From Camelus dromedarius (lineage: Eukaryota), in assembly GCF_036321535.1 (NCBI RefSeq), contig NC_087438.1:2730001-2794000 (forward strand): 64,000 nucleotides of DNA, written 5' to 3'. Made by a program: the position numbers and the translations under genes. Shown here one piece after another: positions 47,941-60,310 of this stretch (the stretch's first letter is position 1; the number at the start of each line of letters is the position of its first letter). Below the pieces are notes generated by a model. That model saw nothing but the letters and a program-made list of their open reading frames with translations. It had not been told where the DNA came from and did no database searches.

Positions 47941-50829
47941 AAAAGAGAAGCTTATAGATGGAATTGTCCTTCACCTTGCCCCCTCACCCCAGCCCCTTCG
48001 CCCCCCGCTCAGCACGTGAGTTTACACATACACGCGTGCCCAGCTGAAGCTCAACATGCTTCCCGACAAACTCGCCGCCCCATCAGCGCCCCTTCCAGCT
48101 TCGTGCCAACATGCCTACGGTTGGAGAGAAAGAGGCAGGACCGGCTGGTGTTCTCAGCTGGGGCTGGGCCGTGCGTCCTAGATTCATACACCATTTTTAA
48201 AAACCAGATGTTTATGAAGCAATTCTAAACGTTCCAAACAGGTTTTGGCAAATGGTTCAAAGATGTTTCCTGCAGACCACGTAGAGCAGCTAGAGAATCG
48301 GCTGTTCCCTGCTGCTCGCTTTAGTGTCAATCCACACTTTTCCCCCCAAAGATTACGTAGAAGAGGAAACACAGTGAAGAAAAGGTGTTTCGGGCAAAAC
48401 AAACATACAGTCAAACAAAACGCTATCTGGTTATTGTTCTTTATACAAAATGCTAATTTATTGCAGTATCACTTTGTTCCAGTCAAATTTTCAGGAGGCT
48501 AAGTTTTTTAAATGACTCATTTTTTTAAACTGTTGAATAGTTTCTTTGTATCAACCACACAGAAAGTTTCTGAAATCTTTGCTTTGTGCTTACTCTCAAT
48601 TTTAAACTGAAAAATAATGTCTATGTGTTTTCAATAAGAAGGTATAGATTAGGGATATTGGGGAAGACAGTTTTTTTAAGACTTTATTTCCTTATAGAAG
48701 TTTTGGATTGAGACTGTTTTTTTGTTTTTGTTTTTCCACTCAACATTTTTGTCACCTAAAAGAAAACCATCATTTGATGAGCCTTGGCGGTGATTTATTT
48801 GAATTCATCCTGTTTTTCAGCCATTTTTCTCCTCTCGTCAAGGCTAAAGTTGAACTCTGGATAAGATGTGAGAATCTGGGCTCACTGAACACACAATGGC
48901 TTCTTGTCTTTTCACACCTTTTTTCCTTCTGTCTCTTCTCCTGTGTTCCCTCTTCCTCTCCCCTTCCTCTCTTTACAAGCGTGAGAGACCCAGCTGAGTG
49001 CGCTTGGCTTGCTGGGTAACTTGTGATTCTGGAAGACCTTCGGAACCCTGACGTCCCTCCTCCTCACTTCTGCCCCACCTGCATTCACTGTGGGATTCAC
49101 CAGCCTCACTGCTAATTTTCCTTCCCTTATTCTTCACCCCCATCCCTGTCAAATCCCTACTACAGCCCCATTTTGCAAAACGTCTTTCTTTTTCACTCAA
49201 ATCTAAATTCCACAAGTAACCAGGATTTGGATGGTGAACTTCCACCCCAAATTAGCTTCTCAAGCCATTGGACCAAACCCACAAATCACTGTGGGCTCTC
49301 CAAGGCATGACCTACCGCATCCCTGAAGATGCAACTTCACTAGTGCTCCTGCTTGTGTCTGTATGCAGGGCAGACTCCACAGGTGGCCTCCCGCCCACTG
49401 GCACCCAGACCCCAGTGTTCTGCCACCTTGTGTGAAGCTCCATCCCACCCACCGTGCGCCCAGAATGACATGACTTCACCAGCACCGTGTGTTGCTTTGT
49501 TTCTCTGCTGAACTAGCATGCCTGTGAGATTGTGTGTAACAGGGAATGACTTGAATTTGGAGCCAAAAAGTGGGTGGGGAAATTGAGAGTGGGCCCCAGC
49601 TTAAAAGTGCTAAAGGCTGGGGACCACATGACAGCCTGTGACATGAGGTACGTGAGGACATTCCCAGTCATTCTGTAGAGGAGCGAGGGGAAATCCTCTT
49701 TTCCTCAACCATCAGGGGTCAAGAAACTGGCTAGTTATAAGACTTGGGTACCAGAGTCCTCCGAAATTCTGAGTAGGCTAAATGATTTCTAACATAAGAT
49801 TTAATTAAAATAACCTAATATACAAAAAATTTAAAAGAGCTGTACAATCACCTCTAACACCCCCTGTATACTATCTCTATTTAATTATTAAAATAAATAT
49901 GGCAAAATGTTCAGCATGTCTTATATACAGATATGCCTGAGTCACATATGAACTTTGTCATAAGTATGATGTTTTATTATTGCTATTGTGGTTACATCAG
50001 TATAAAGTATTACCACTGAGTAAATTAAAATAACTCCTTATTACAGTCTCCAGCAATGCCCAGATTTCTCTAACCATCACTCAGTTCTATGACCGTGCAT
50101 ATTTTTCCACGAAAAATGCAGCTAAGGTTCATGCACTATTATGCCCTTTAACCTCACTTGATCTAGGACTGTTGCCTATTTCCTCCCCTTGACATTGGTT
50201 TCTAATGACACAAGCCAGCTCCGGATCACCCTGTGCCCTACTTGTGTGCTCCCATAGGGTCTCATTTAACTTGTGCTTCCATCCCCTGTGTTTTCCAGTA
50301 TAACCTGGAAGTGATGGCCAATAGTCCACCAGGTAAGACACCTGTGTTGAGAGCTCTTTGGCTTCCCATCGTCCAACATCAGACACATGACAACAGGAGG
50401 TTTCATCTTTAGTGACACCAGTCTTGAAGGTCGTAACAGACTGACCTCTCCACTGTAAAATCTTGTTTTCCTTGTTGACAGTTTACAAGTAGTGATTCTG
50501 GTATTCACTGACAAGCTCTGCCCGCAACACTTGCTTTGGAGGGGTTACAGCATGGCGACTGTCTAATGCTGCTGTTCTGCTTTATTTATCAGAGAGCGTT
50601 GCTCTACAGAGAACCTTCCTCCATCAACTGGAGACGAACTACCTTTCCTCTTAGAAGAAAGAAAGGAGGAAGCAGATGTGTTAAGAGTCATGTTCAGTTC
50701 TTGACTTTTATCCATCTTCACAGCATGGTCTGGGGGTAACAGTAAGTTTCAAAATGGGCAAAGGACTTCCTCTCCTTCTCTCTCCCTTTCACTTGTCTCA
50801 TATACTGTGGATCCAAACTTTGTTTAAAT

Positions 50830-51760
50830 AATTATTTGCATTTATTACACATTTTGATGGGAAAGCTGTTTTGACTTGGCCATTGGTCACCCCATCTATC
50901 CAGCTTCAGGTCTTTTTGATGGGCTGGCATTTGTCTTTGTGGTGCAAGACATCCAGGCTCATTTTGTAAACTGCCCGCCTCAGACCTGGAACCATCCCTT
51001 CCCCCAAGGATGCCTGGTTTCATTTACTGGAGTTCGGTATTTAGGAACTAAGGTGTGGGTGCAAAGTGTGCTCATTGCTACTGCTTGTCATAGCTTCTAG
51101 GACTTGCAGTGTATGGAAGTAAAAAACATACAAATGAAATTATGAGCCTATTTTAATGTTTTCAACTATGATTTAAATTGACAGTATTTGTATTAATGTC
51201 TTGAATTTTCCATTTGTATCTCTTTTCCCTTAAATTGAAAGGCTTGGTTTCAAATATTAGTTTATTCGCTTTTCTGCTTTGTCCAAATAGATGAACAAGT
51301 TTCAAAAATCACATACCATTGTTCATATGTTTAATAAAGCCAATGAGTGAGGTTTAAAATATTTTTGATTCCTTTGTTGTTCTTAGAATCTGTTCTACTG
51401 AAAATGAGAGTTCAGCGTGCAGTGCTGAAAGGTTCTTTTCTCCAGGGAGTTACGTTGTTAGTCCAAAACTTGTTGGGTTTATATGTTTTAGTTTGTTTTG
51501 CTTTTAAGGATTAGTTTTCCTCCACTTTTGCTTCAACTTGTCAAGTGCCATACATTTACATGATTTATGTAATAAAGCTGCATAAAGAGGGATACTCGGA
51601 GGAGCTTCACACAACATACTGTGTTGTTTATTATTTTGAAACATTTATTTCAACTCAGTACATATACCAGTCCCCTCCAGCCAAGCCCCTTGGCTTCCAG
51701 CTTATCACCCCAATGCTGCTTTATGCAAATATCTACATACACTGCGTTCCCCTGTCTGCC
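50830..51760 (-). mobile_element. HAL1/L1ME-like 3' remnant
   Basis: atccaggctcattttgta...cagacctggaaccatc...ccaaggatgcctggttt...gtgtgctcattgctact...gcttctagg. Confidence 0.65.
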
Positions 51761-51825
51761 ACAACTGCTGGCAATCTCCACAGTATGCCCTTGCATTCTG
51801 ATCTTTCATCCTGTAAATGTCAGAG

Positions 51826-52062
51826 TGGAGACATTAGGCAGTGGTCACGAGTTAGGACCTTGAAGTCAGGCAGCCTTGACTTGAGTCCTGCTTCGCCATT
51901 TACAAGCTGTGATTCCCAACCTCTCTGTGCCTTGGTTTCCTTCTTTGAAAAATGGGGATGACAATAGTGCCTATCTTTTGGGGCTGTTTTGATTATTACA
52001 TGATTTAATTGTTAAAGTGTTGAGAGCAGTGTCTGACATGGAGTGGGTACTCAGTGCTATAA
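51826..52062 (+). mobile_element. MIR SINE
   Basis: Core aacctctctgtgccttggtttccttctttgaaaaatggggatgacaatagtgcctatc. Confidence 0.85.
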
Positions 52063-52080
52063 GCCAACGTTACCCTGGCA

Positions 52081-52300
52081 CACTGGTTCCCAGTGGGAGG
52101 GGGAGGGGAGCTGTTTTGCCCTTTAAGGGACTCTTGGTAACATCTGGAGACAATTTTGGTTTCCGTGGTGGAAGTGGGGGTGCTTCGGGCACCTACTAGG
52201 TAGAAGAGAGAGACACTTCTAAACATTCTACAACGTACAGGGCAGACCCTCACCCAGCAAAGAATGACATGACCAAACATATCAATCATGCTGATATTTT
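52081..52300 (+). mobile_element. MER20 DNA transposon
   Basis: ttggtaacatctggagacaattttggtt...ctaaacattctacaacgtacagggcag...caaagaatga...tcaatcatgctga. Confidence 0.85.
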
Positions 52301-53159
52301 AACAATAACAAAGTGAATCATTTTTACAACATATGAAAATGAGTGAAAAATAATAATTTTAATAGCTAATTATAGACTTGTTTCTGTTCTTATAAAATTT
52401 TAACGCACTAAAAATAATTACTCAATAAAACCACAATAGTTCCCTTTTTTTTTTTTTGATTCGTGTGTTTCTCTACATTAAAGAAAATAATTTAACCCCC
52501 TGCTACCTGAAAATAATCACTGTCTCTCAGACGGGACTGGCATGAGATTGCTATTCTGAACATCTCCATTAAACATACTATTCTTTAAAACTGTGTCCTC
52601 TTAGTGGAAAGGTAACGTTGAGAACAGGCTGGTCACACAGAATTCTCTTCAATGTTCGAGGGAGGAAAAGTATGTGTGGAATAAATTACGGGGAATATAA
52701 GTTTTTCTTTTGTTCACAAAGTTATGGTCATAGTCTCATGACTCCAATTACTTAGTAAAAAGGCCAACAATTTAAGAATGAGGTTATGATTTTGTTCTGT
52801 GGAAAGAGACAGGAAAACAATAACTTCTCATACAACATATTGTACTGTTTATTATTATTTTAAAATATTTATTTCAATGCAAGCTTTTCTTTAATGACAT
52901 TTTTCAACATTTCCTGAGGATTAAAAAAATTATATATATTTTAAGGGAAGAGGATTGATAAGCTTATAAAAGACTCATTTCTTTAAAGTGTTCAGGATGA
53001 ATATAATGGGCAGGGACAATATGCATATTGGTGTAAAAGAACTAGAACTCAAATTTCACAGTGAATGAAGACTCTTTTGAAGACCTAAAACCACTACGTA
53101 ATGCAGTCCTTACAGCAGTAAGGAAAGGACCGTCATCTTGGTGTTAGTGTCCAGGAAGT

Positions 53160-53395
53160 TGTGTGTTACAGTTGAAAGAACTACAATTTTGGAACCAGGT
53201 CTGAGCTCAAGAATCAGGCTTTCCAGATTCCAGCTGTGTGGCCTTGAGCCAGTTATATAAATGGCTTTGAGCTTGGATCACTTCATATGTAACATGGAGA
53301 ATTCTTTCCCAAATCCTTTTCCATGGGATTCAATAACTTAAGTCAAGCATCTAGCTGAGAAATATGCACACAGTAGGGACTCAGATAAATATTAG
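53160..53395 (+). mobile_element. MIR SINE (diverged)
   Basis: cagctgtgtggccttgagccagtta...tgtaacatggaga...cacacagtagggactcagataaatattag. Confidence 0.7.
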
Positions 53396-56300
53396 TCTCT
53401 TTCCTACAGCAAGACAGAAGCATGCTCTAATTATGGCTTATAATACAGAGATTCAGATGTGTTCTAACCATCTCCGGCGTCCCCAGATCATTCGGTAAAT
53501 GGGATACGGCCAACCTCTGATAAAAGAGCAAGCGGGCAGAGTCCCATGAGCATCTCAGCCTTTGCCAAGGTTAACTGAAATCTGAGGTTAAGAGTCATGC
53601 CTGAGTGAGCACACATAGTTGGTAGACAGGCTGGAAATAAGATTTCTTAAGTTCCTGTAAAAACTGTACAGAATGATGTCATGTGCTAAAAATTCTCACG
53701 CTCTATGGGGGTACAACAAACTCCCACCACATCAAGAACCAGAGATGGTGCGTCTCTCGAATCTTTGTCCCCAACTCTGTGGAACCTGGTTCTTCACAGG
53801 GCAGCCCTCCACGCATGGAAGGACGGGCACGGGGTAGACAAATGAGCAGAGCATGCAAAGTGGTGGATTACGGAACACTGGGAACCCTATGTAGGTGAAG
53901 AGAAACCAGAAGTGGACCTGACTTCCTACACAGAAGGGGAGGTGGAAGGTGTTGTACAGAGAGGTCGGGACGCTTCTAGAATCAGACTCTGAATCTGACT
54001 CACACTGCCCAGCGTTTTATGGGAAGGACAGGTACAAAGACTCAGGAAAAGAGATCACCCTCAAGATCTCCATGGCTTCCTTGTGCCAAATTGGACAAAG
54101 AGTGTATTTTGGTTAGAAAAATTGTGAAGACAGTGCGGAGTGATCTTTTCTATCTTTGGACCAAGCAGTTATAAAATATATTAATAGACTGTAGAATAAT
54201 TAAAAGCTCATAATGGAAATTCAGTGGGACCTCATGCAGATGTCATGTATTTTTAAAAAGTGACATGCGTGTGTGTATTTGTCTGTAAGTCTCTTTGTTT
54301 CCTCTGGAGGCTCTTATTTTCTGTACTTTGGACCATGGATTTAAATAAATAGGCAGAGGAATATATTCTTAAACATCCATAGATGTTTCAACAAGACTTC
54401 CGATCACGGTAGAAACAAACCACTGCAGTCAGGAAACCGTCCCTTCCCTGCACCGTGGTTTGAGATGTCCCGCCAGGAGCCTCTGACCTCACCGCATTTC
54501 ACGGATGAAGAGGACATCACGGCAGAGCCACACGAGGAAGACTCGCTCGTGACCTTCAGATGAAGGGATTTCAGAATTTCTTCATAAAGGAGTAAAATAA
54601 CATCTCGAACCCTCTTCTGTTTTCCAGTGCACACGGCCCCGTATCGGTTCCCGAAGAAAGACCGCGGCCCGCGGCCCGCTGCGGAGGGATGCCCCTGTGA
54701 GTCTGCGCCTAGTCTGCGTCAGGGGCGCCCTGCGTCTGTGCTGGCTATTTCTATGCCTTGTGTTTTGTGCACTGCTTTGGTCTTGGGTATTTTCTGCCTG
54801 TCCCATTTCCCAACTTGGTCCTGGGCTCTTGGTGGGAAGTGAAAAGTTCTCTTCTTCCTCTCCAGTCCCCAGGGAATGTCTGGTCAGTGGTTTTCAGACT
54901 CTACATGTTCAGTAAAACAGTTTCTCTTACTAATTCAAAATAAATTCTTACTCAAGGTAGTCGATTAAGGCCAACATTGTTTTAGCCAGATCAGTAGAAA
55001 AACAGTGTTATTCAGGTAACATTTGTCTGGGTCCTGCAGGACCCAGTTACAGGAGGGTACCCTATAGTCTAGCACCGCATGCGGCCGGCTGCCCTGTATC
55101 TACTGGTGCTTTACAAATGTTTGCTGATTTAATTGATGTCCTGGTAAATATATATTCAAGACTAGAATAATTTATATGCACTAATGTGAGCATAGGCTTC
55201 AATCTGGAAAATAAATGCAGAGAAAAATGAAAATAAACATGAAATAAACAGATTTTAACTAAGGATGCTAAAGGACACAGTAGGTAGTGACCTGTTGTCA
55301 TCACCTTTGCTCCCACATTTCTTTGGAGAAGGCCAGGAGGGGCTCACAGAAAGGAAGAATGTCAGCCTTCCATCCAGTCCAAGGCTCTGAACAAAACAGT
55401 CAAGGCCCAGAACCCAGGTGCTGTGCCAGCACTGCTGGAGAAATTTCCATTTTCCCATGAAAACTGTACCCAGAGACAGGTAGCCAACATCCCAGCGCCG
55501 CTCTGAAACTGCCCTCGGCTGCCCAGCCCAGAGCTCTGATACGCTCCTGCACGAGGGAACCCACCTGTCATCTCAGCAACTGGCTCTGAAAGGCCAGGCA
55601 CCGGATGCGAGTGAGATGTGCATTGGTTGCTTTGAGCTTCACCCTAGAGAAGGCTGGTTCTCAAAATCTGGAATTTGCACACCAGAGGCTGCTGGCTAAC
55701 GCAGCACCGTAACCCGAGAGACCTCACTTCAGAGGCGACGGTTGCCAGGAAAGGTGATGTCTCACTCATCTGCACCTGATATTTTGCTGCTTTCTAACTA
55801 AATGTTAGAAATGGCTTTTTCTTTAGAAACTAGAGTCCTGCTAACCAACATCATTGACACTGGTGATGGGCTCTCATGAGACCTACCTCTGCTAAACTAA
55901 CTGCCTCCACTAGCCAGGGCACATGGCCTCACCATCCCCGAATCTACTCTCACTTTTTCGTTCTCCCCCTGGCAGCTTTCTCAATAGGTTGTCAACAAAG
56001 GCTGTCCTCCTCCCCCCTTTCCTTCTGTACCAGGATTGCCCTCCCTCTGGTCATTCTCTATTTCCTCCCTCCTGATCCAGTGCAGTAGTCAGGTCAATGC
56101 CCTGCAACTTTCCATGGAGCCACCGGTGCACACACTTCTATGGAACAGCACAGCACCTAGGATGGTGCGGGGGTCAAGTATCAGCTGGTGAAATTAGCCT
56201 TGCTCAAGGCCTGGGAAGTGAAAATATTCTGGCAACAAGCTGCACTCTTGTATGGACGGGGAATGAGCATCTGGCAGCTTGTACCCTTAGAGATGGTGCC

Positions 56301-57197
56301 TGCAGCATGATCCCTAAGAAGACTTATGCCCAGCTATTGGGCCAAAGAATTTTTTCTTCCTTTGTGCCAATTCTGAAGATAATTGAAAATTGCTTCCAGA
56401 ATAGATTTCCATCAATCATGAAATTTACTGTGGGTAAATCTTTCCTGCAAGTAAATTTGTCATGGTCAGAGAATTGCAAAAAGTTGAGAGCTGGGACTTC
56501 ATCATGCATATGGGATATATTGTATTGACTATTTGGGCTTTGAGTTCTTCATAAGCTGGGAGTGAGGCTGCATGGGAACAGCTAACCCTCATCCGACTTT
56601 GGGGAAGGTAGCCAAACGAGAACTACCAATGAGAACCTAAGAGTCAGTTGAACAAATCGGCGTAGGTCAGTTCCCCACTCCACTGTGGCTTGGGGTGAGT
56701 AGGGAAGCTTCAAAGAGACAACACATTTTATGGTGGACCTTTAAAAAATAAATAAGATTGAGCTAATTAGACATGGTTACACAAGGCATCTAAATTGAGG
56801 GAAAGAAACACAAGCAGGCTGACACAGGGTCTGGAGTTCATGCAGGAACTCACAGGTAGCAAGATTAGAAATGTGCCCTGGGCCCCAGATTGTGGGAAGC
56901 CATGATTATCAGATGCCTTGCTTATATCTTGCACTGTATCAAAGCACGTGCGCCTGTATCCATGCCTGTGTGGGATATGTATTTCATGTGGAAGCTGGAG
57001 CTCCGTCTGTGCATCACAGCAGGAGTGTGTTAGGAGCTCTGGTCTGGCTGCGTTCCGCAGGATGGGTGGGGAGAGAAGACTAAAGCAGAGAGATTTCATG
57101 TGGGGGAAGGAAGAAGGGAATGAGAGGAGGAAGGTGACCTTTTCAGACAACTTGTGTGAGACAGTGACCAAGAGAAGAACTAAACTGTCATAGAAGT

Positions 57198-57520
57198 TGT
57201 TATGGACAGATTGCGTCCATGTGTTCTGTTCATGAATAGAATTCATATGTTGAAATTCTAACCCACAAAATGACAGCGCTTGGAGGTGGCGACTTTGGGA
57301 GGTGATAAAGTCATGAGGGTGGAGTCCTTATGAATGAGATTAGTGCCCTTATAAAAGAGACCCCACAGGGCTTCCCACCCTTCTGCCATGTGCAGATATA
57401 GTGAGAAAAGAGCTTTCTATAAACCAGAGGGTCCTCACCAGAACCCCACCCCACTGGCATCCTGACCTCAGGCTTCCAGACTCCAGAACTGTGACAAATA
57501 AACTGCTGCATTTTTTTAAA
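57198..57520 (+). mobile_element. MaLR LTR (MLT1A-like)
   Basis: tgttatggac...aattcatatgttgaaattctaaccc...gtcatgagggtggagtccttatgaatgagattagtgcccttataaaagagacccc...ttccagactccagaactgtgacaaataaa. Confidence 0.9.
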
Positions 57521-57787
57521 CATTTTTTTTATTGAGTTACTGTCATTTTACAATGTTGTGTCAAATTCCAGTGTAGAACACAATTTTTTAGTTATACATG
57601 AACATACATATATTCACTGTCACATTTTTTTTTCGCTGTGAGCTACCACAAGACCTTGTATAGATTTTCCTGTGCTGTACAGTATAATCTTGTCTATCCA
57701 TTCTACATTTTCTCTTTCCGGCTTCCTTCACTTAGAATGACATTCTCCAGGAACATCCTTGTTGCTGCAAATGGCATTATGTTGTTG
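57521..57787 (-). mobile_element. Younger, lineage-specific L1 3' end inserted at the end of the MLT1
   Basis: tttttttattgagttactgtcattttacaatgttgtgtcaaattccagtgtag...ttcacttagaatgacattctccagg...gttgctgcaaatggcattat. Confidence 0.85.
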
Positions 57788-59849
57788 TAAACCGCCCCAT
57801 TTTATAAGCTCCCAGTCTCTGGTGTTCCATTACTCAGCTCCCAGATGGGCAAAGACTGCACTTCTGGGGTGACAGGGCCTTGGGAGCTGATGTGGCACTG
57901 GATCTCCTGTGTGGGGGGCGCTGGGACCTCAGGTTTAGGCAGAGTCATCCCGATAGGAATAGAAATGACCCAACAAACACTGTCCACACAGGACCAAACA
58001 GAGGTTGAACTTAAAATGAATGCTGACAGATAAAGGACAGTGCACTTATAAGTCTGGGAAATGGGAAAATGAGGATGGAGAACCTGAAATTTCTAGACTG
58101 GAAATAGATTTGGTGAGGAAAATAACTATGGGACAAGAATTTAGGGTGGGGCGGCTTCTACCTAACTGGTGATGAGTAAAAAGGTCTGGCTGACTTTCCC
58201 TTGGGATGCTCACCTAATGAGCTCAAATGTGTGGCTTCTTGGTCAAATTCAGAGTAGACCTGAGGATCCCTAATCTGTAGTTGAAGACTGGTGCCTTTCG
58301 AACCTCAGTGTCCTCCAAGGGAGATGGAGGTGTGTACTGACTGAAATGTGACAGAAGACTTGGATCTGAGGTCTGAGCAGCAGACAGGCAGGAGGGCAGG
58401 GACGGCGGAGAAAAACCAGAGGCAGGTGCAGAACAAGAGGGGCTCCCTGCCCACCCTTGTGCGGATCCTGACAGCCAAGGACCACGGCAGGTGGGAGTCA
58501 GAAGGGAGTCCGCTGCCTCCCACTAATAGAGAGTTTTGTTTGTGTGCACATGTGTGTGCTTGTGTGTTAAAATCACCCCCTGAGAGCTCACCAGCCCACA
58601 CTTTATCACAAGTGTAATTCATTAAACATTTATTTTTGGTTCACTGCTAAGTTATGTTTTCATCATCTCACTTAACTTCTTGATGTTTAGAAAAACAAAC
58701 CACCTACCGAATGAGGCTTAACCAGGTTTTGCTGGAGCAGTTACACGTGCATGGATTCTGTGGTGCGTCCACCAATGAGATGAGAAAGGCCTTCCTCCTG
58801 GTCTTATGGGTGGGTTCAGCCAACTGGAAGGCCTGGCTGAAAACTCTCCTCCGAGTTTTAATTCCTACAGGCTGTGCACCCAAAGGTGGGGGCGTGAGGC
58901 AGAGGAGAGAGAAGACGGTAAAACCTCGAGTTCTCGGAAAGCTCTGTGACAGGAAAACTCAGAGAAAGAGCCAGCACATCTTCAGCCGGCAAGCCCGGCC
59001 GGACGCGTCACTGAGTGAATGACCAGAGAGAGGGTTTTCCGCAGAGCGACTGAAGTGGAAACCGTTTTGCAACATCAAGTCAAAACCTATGCCAGTGTAT
59101 TTGGAGAAGTTTGATAGAGGAAAGAGGCAGAGTGAAGGCGACGCCTTGGCAGTGTGGTTCCCTGTTTAACAGGAAAGGCCTGGCATACTTTCCAGCAAAA
59201 GGCAGGAGCCAGGCTGCGCTCAGCAGAGACCCTAATGGGCACTGCCGGCCCTGCCCCCATTCCCACCCCGTCTCCGTCTAAAGCATCAGCCTGCTCACCG
59301 CGGGACAGCGCCCAACACACTCCTCTTGTCTAAGGGTGAAGTCCAAGTGCATCACCGTCTGTCCCCACCGAGCGATCTCCCCACTGGGGCCAGCCTGCCC
59401 TGTCCTCTGACCAGTCCCTCGTATCCGGTGCGACGACTCCCACTGCACAGTGTGTGCAGCCAGCTCCTCCTCCCACAGCTCCGTCCCTCAGAGCTGGGCT
59501 CCCCTCCCCCCGCCCCCCGCGGGTGCTGTGTCCATCCCAGTGACTCCCTGGGATGTGGGATGCCCTGCTGTCCCTGCCAGACCCACCCTTTCCCCATCAG
59601 ACCCATTCATGGGCCTCCTGGTCACTTGGCCTCTGCAGGTCTTTGGGGCCACCCACACTGATGTGTCTTGAGCTGTTTCTGAACTAAAGGGCATGGGTTT
59701 CAGAGACAGTCTGTGTGTACACGTGACTGGGGGTCCATTCGACTTACAATCGCAGCAAGCTCCCCTTCCCCTGGCACTCGCCCAGCAGAGGAGAAGGGCC
59801 ACCTTCACTAGCCTGCCTTCCCTCCCCTGCCCCCACGGAGAGTCCCCAC

Positions 59850-60045
59850 CCACACTGGAGCCCCGGGCCTTCTCTGCACCAGTCCTGTGTCCCCCACAGT
59901 CAGCCCTGTCCTGGGCAGTGAGAGTCCACGTCTCCCGTGAGCCTTTGTGTCCCTGAGCTCCCTCAGGGAAGGGCCACCTCGCGCTCATCCCTTCATCCCT
60001 GGAGGTGGAGCACACAGGCAGGACAGCTGTTGAATGACTGGACGG
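59850..60045 (+). mobile_element. L2 3' end (diverged)
   Basis: ctgagctccctcagggaagggcc...tcatccctgg...gcacacagg...tgttgaatgactgga. Confidence 0.5.
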
Positions 60046-60169
60046 ACAGTGTCCGCGCCTCGTGGCAGGACGAAGGCCTGACTGAGGAGGATCTGTTAGG
60101 CGCTGAGCACGGCAGAGACGGCAACGGCGGGGGCAGCAGCAGGACTCAAGTCGGCACCGTGGTGCTTCG

Positions 60170-60310
60170 AGTCCATCAGCTTATTCCGTCCTCACCACGG
60201 TTCTGTGTTGCGGGGACCGTTTTCCTCCCAGCTGGACCAGTGAGGAAACCGAGGAACACAGCTCGCGAGGAGCAGAGCAGGGTGCGGACTCAGACTCTCC
60301 AGCTCCAGAT
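60170..60310 (-). mobile_element. MIR fragment, GC-shifted
   Basis: tcctcaccac...cagtgaggaaaccgagg...cacagct...gcagagcaggg. Confidence 0.5.
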
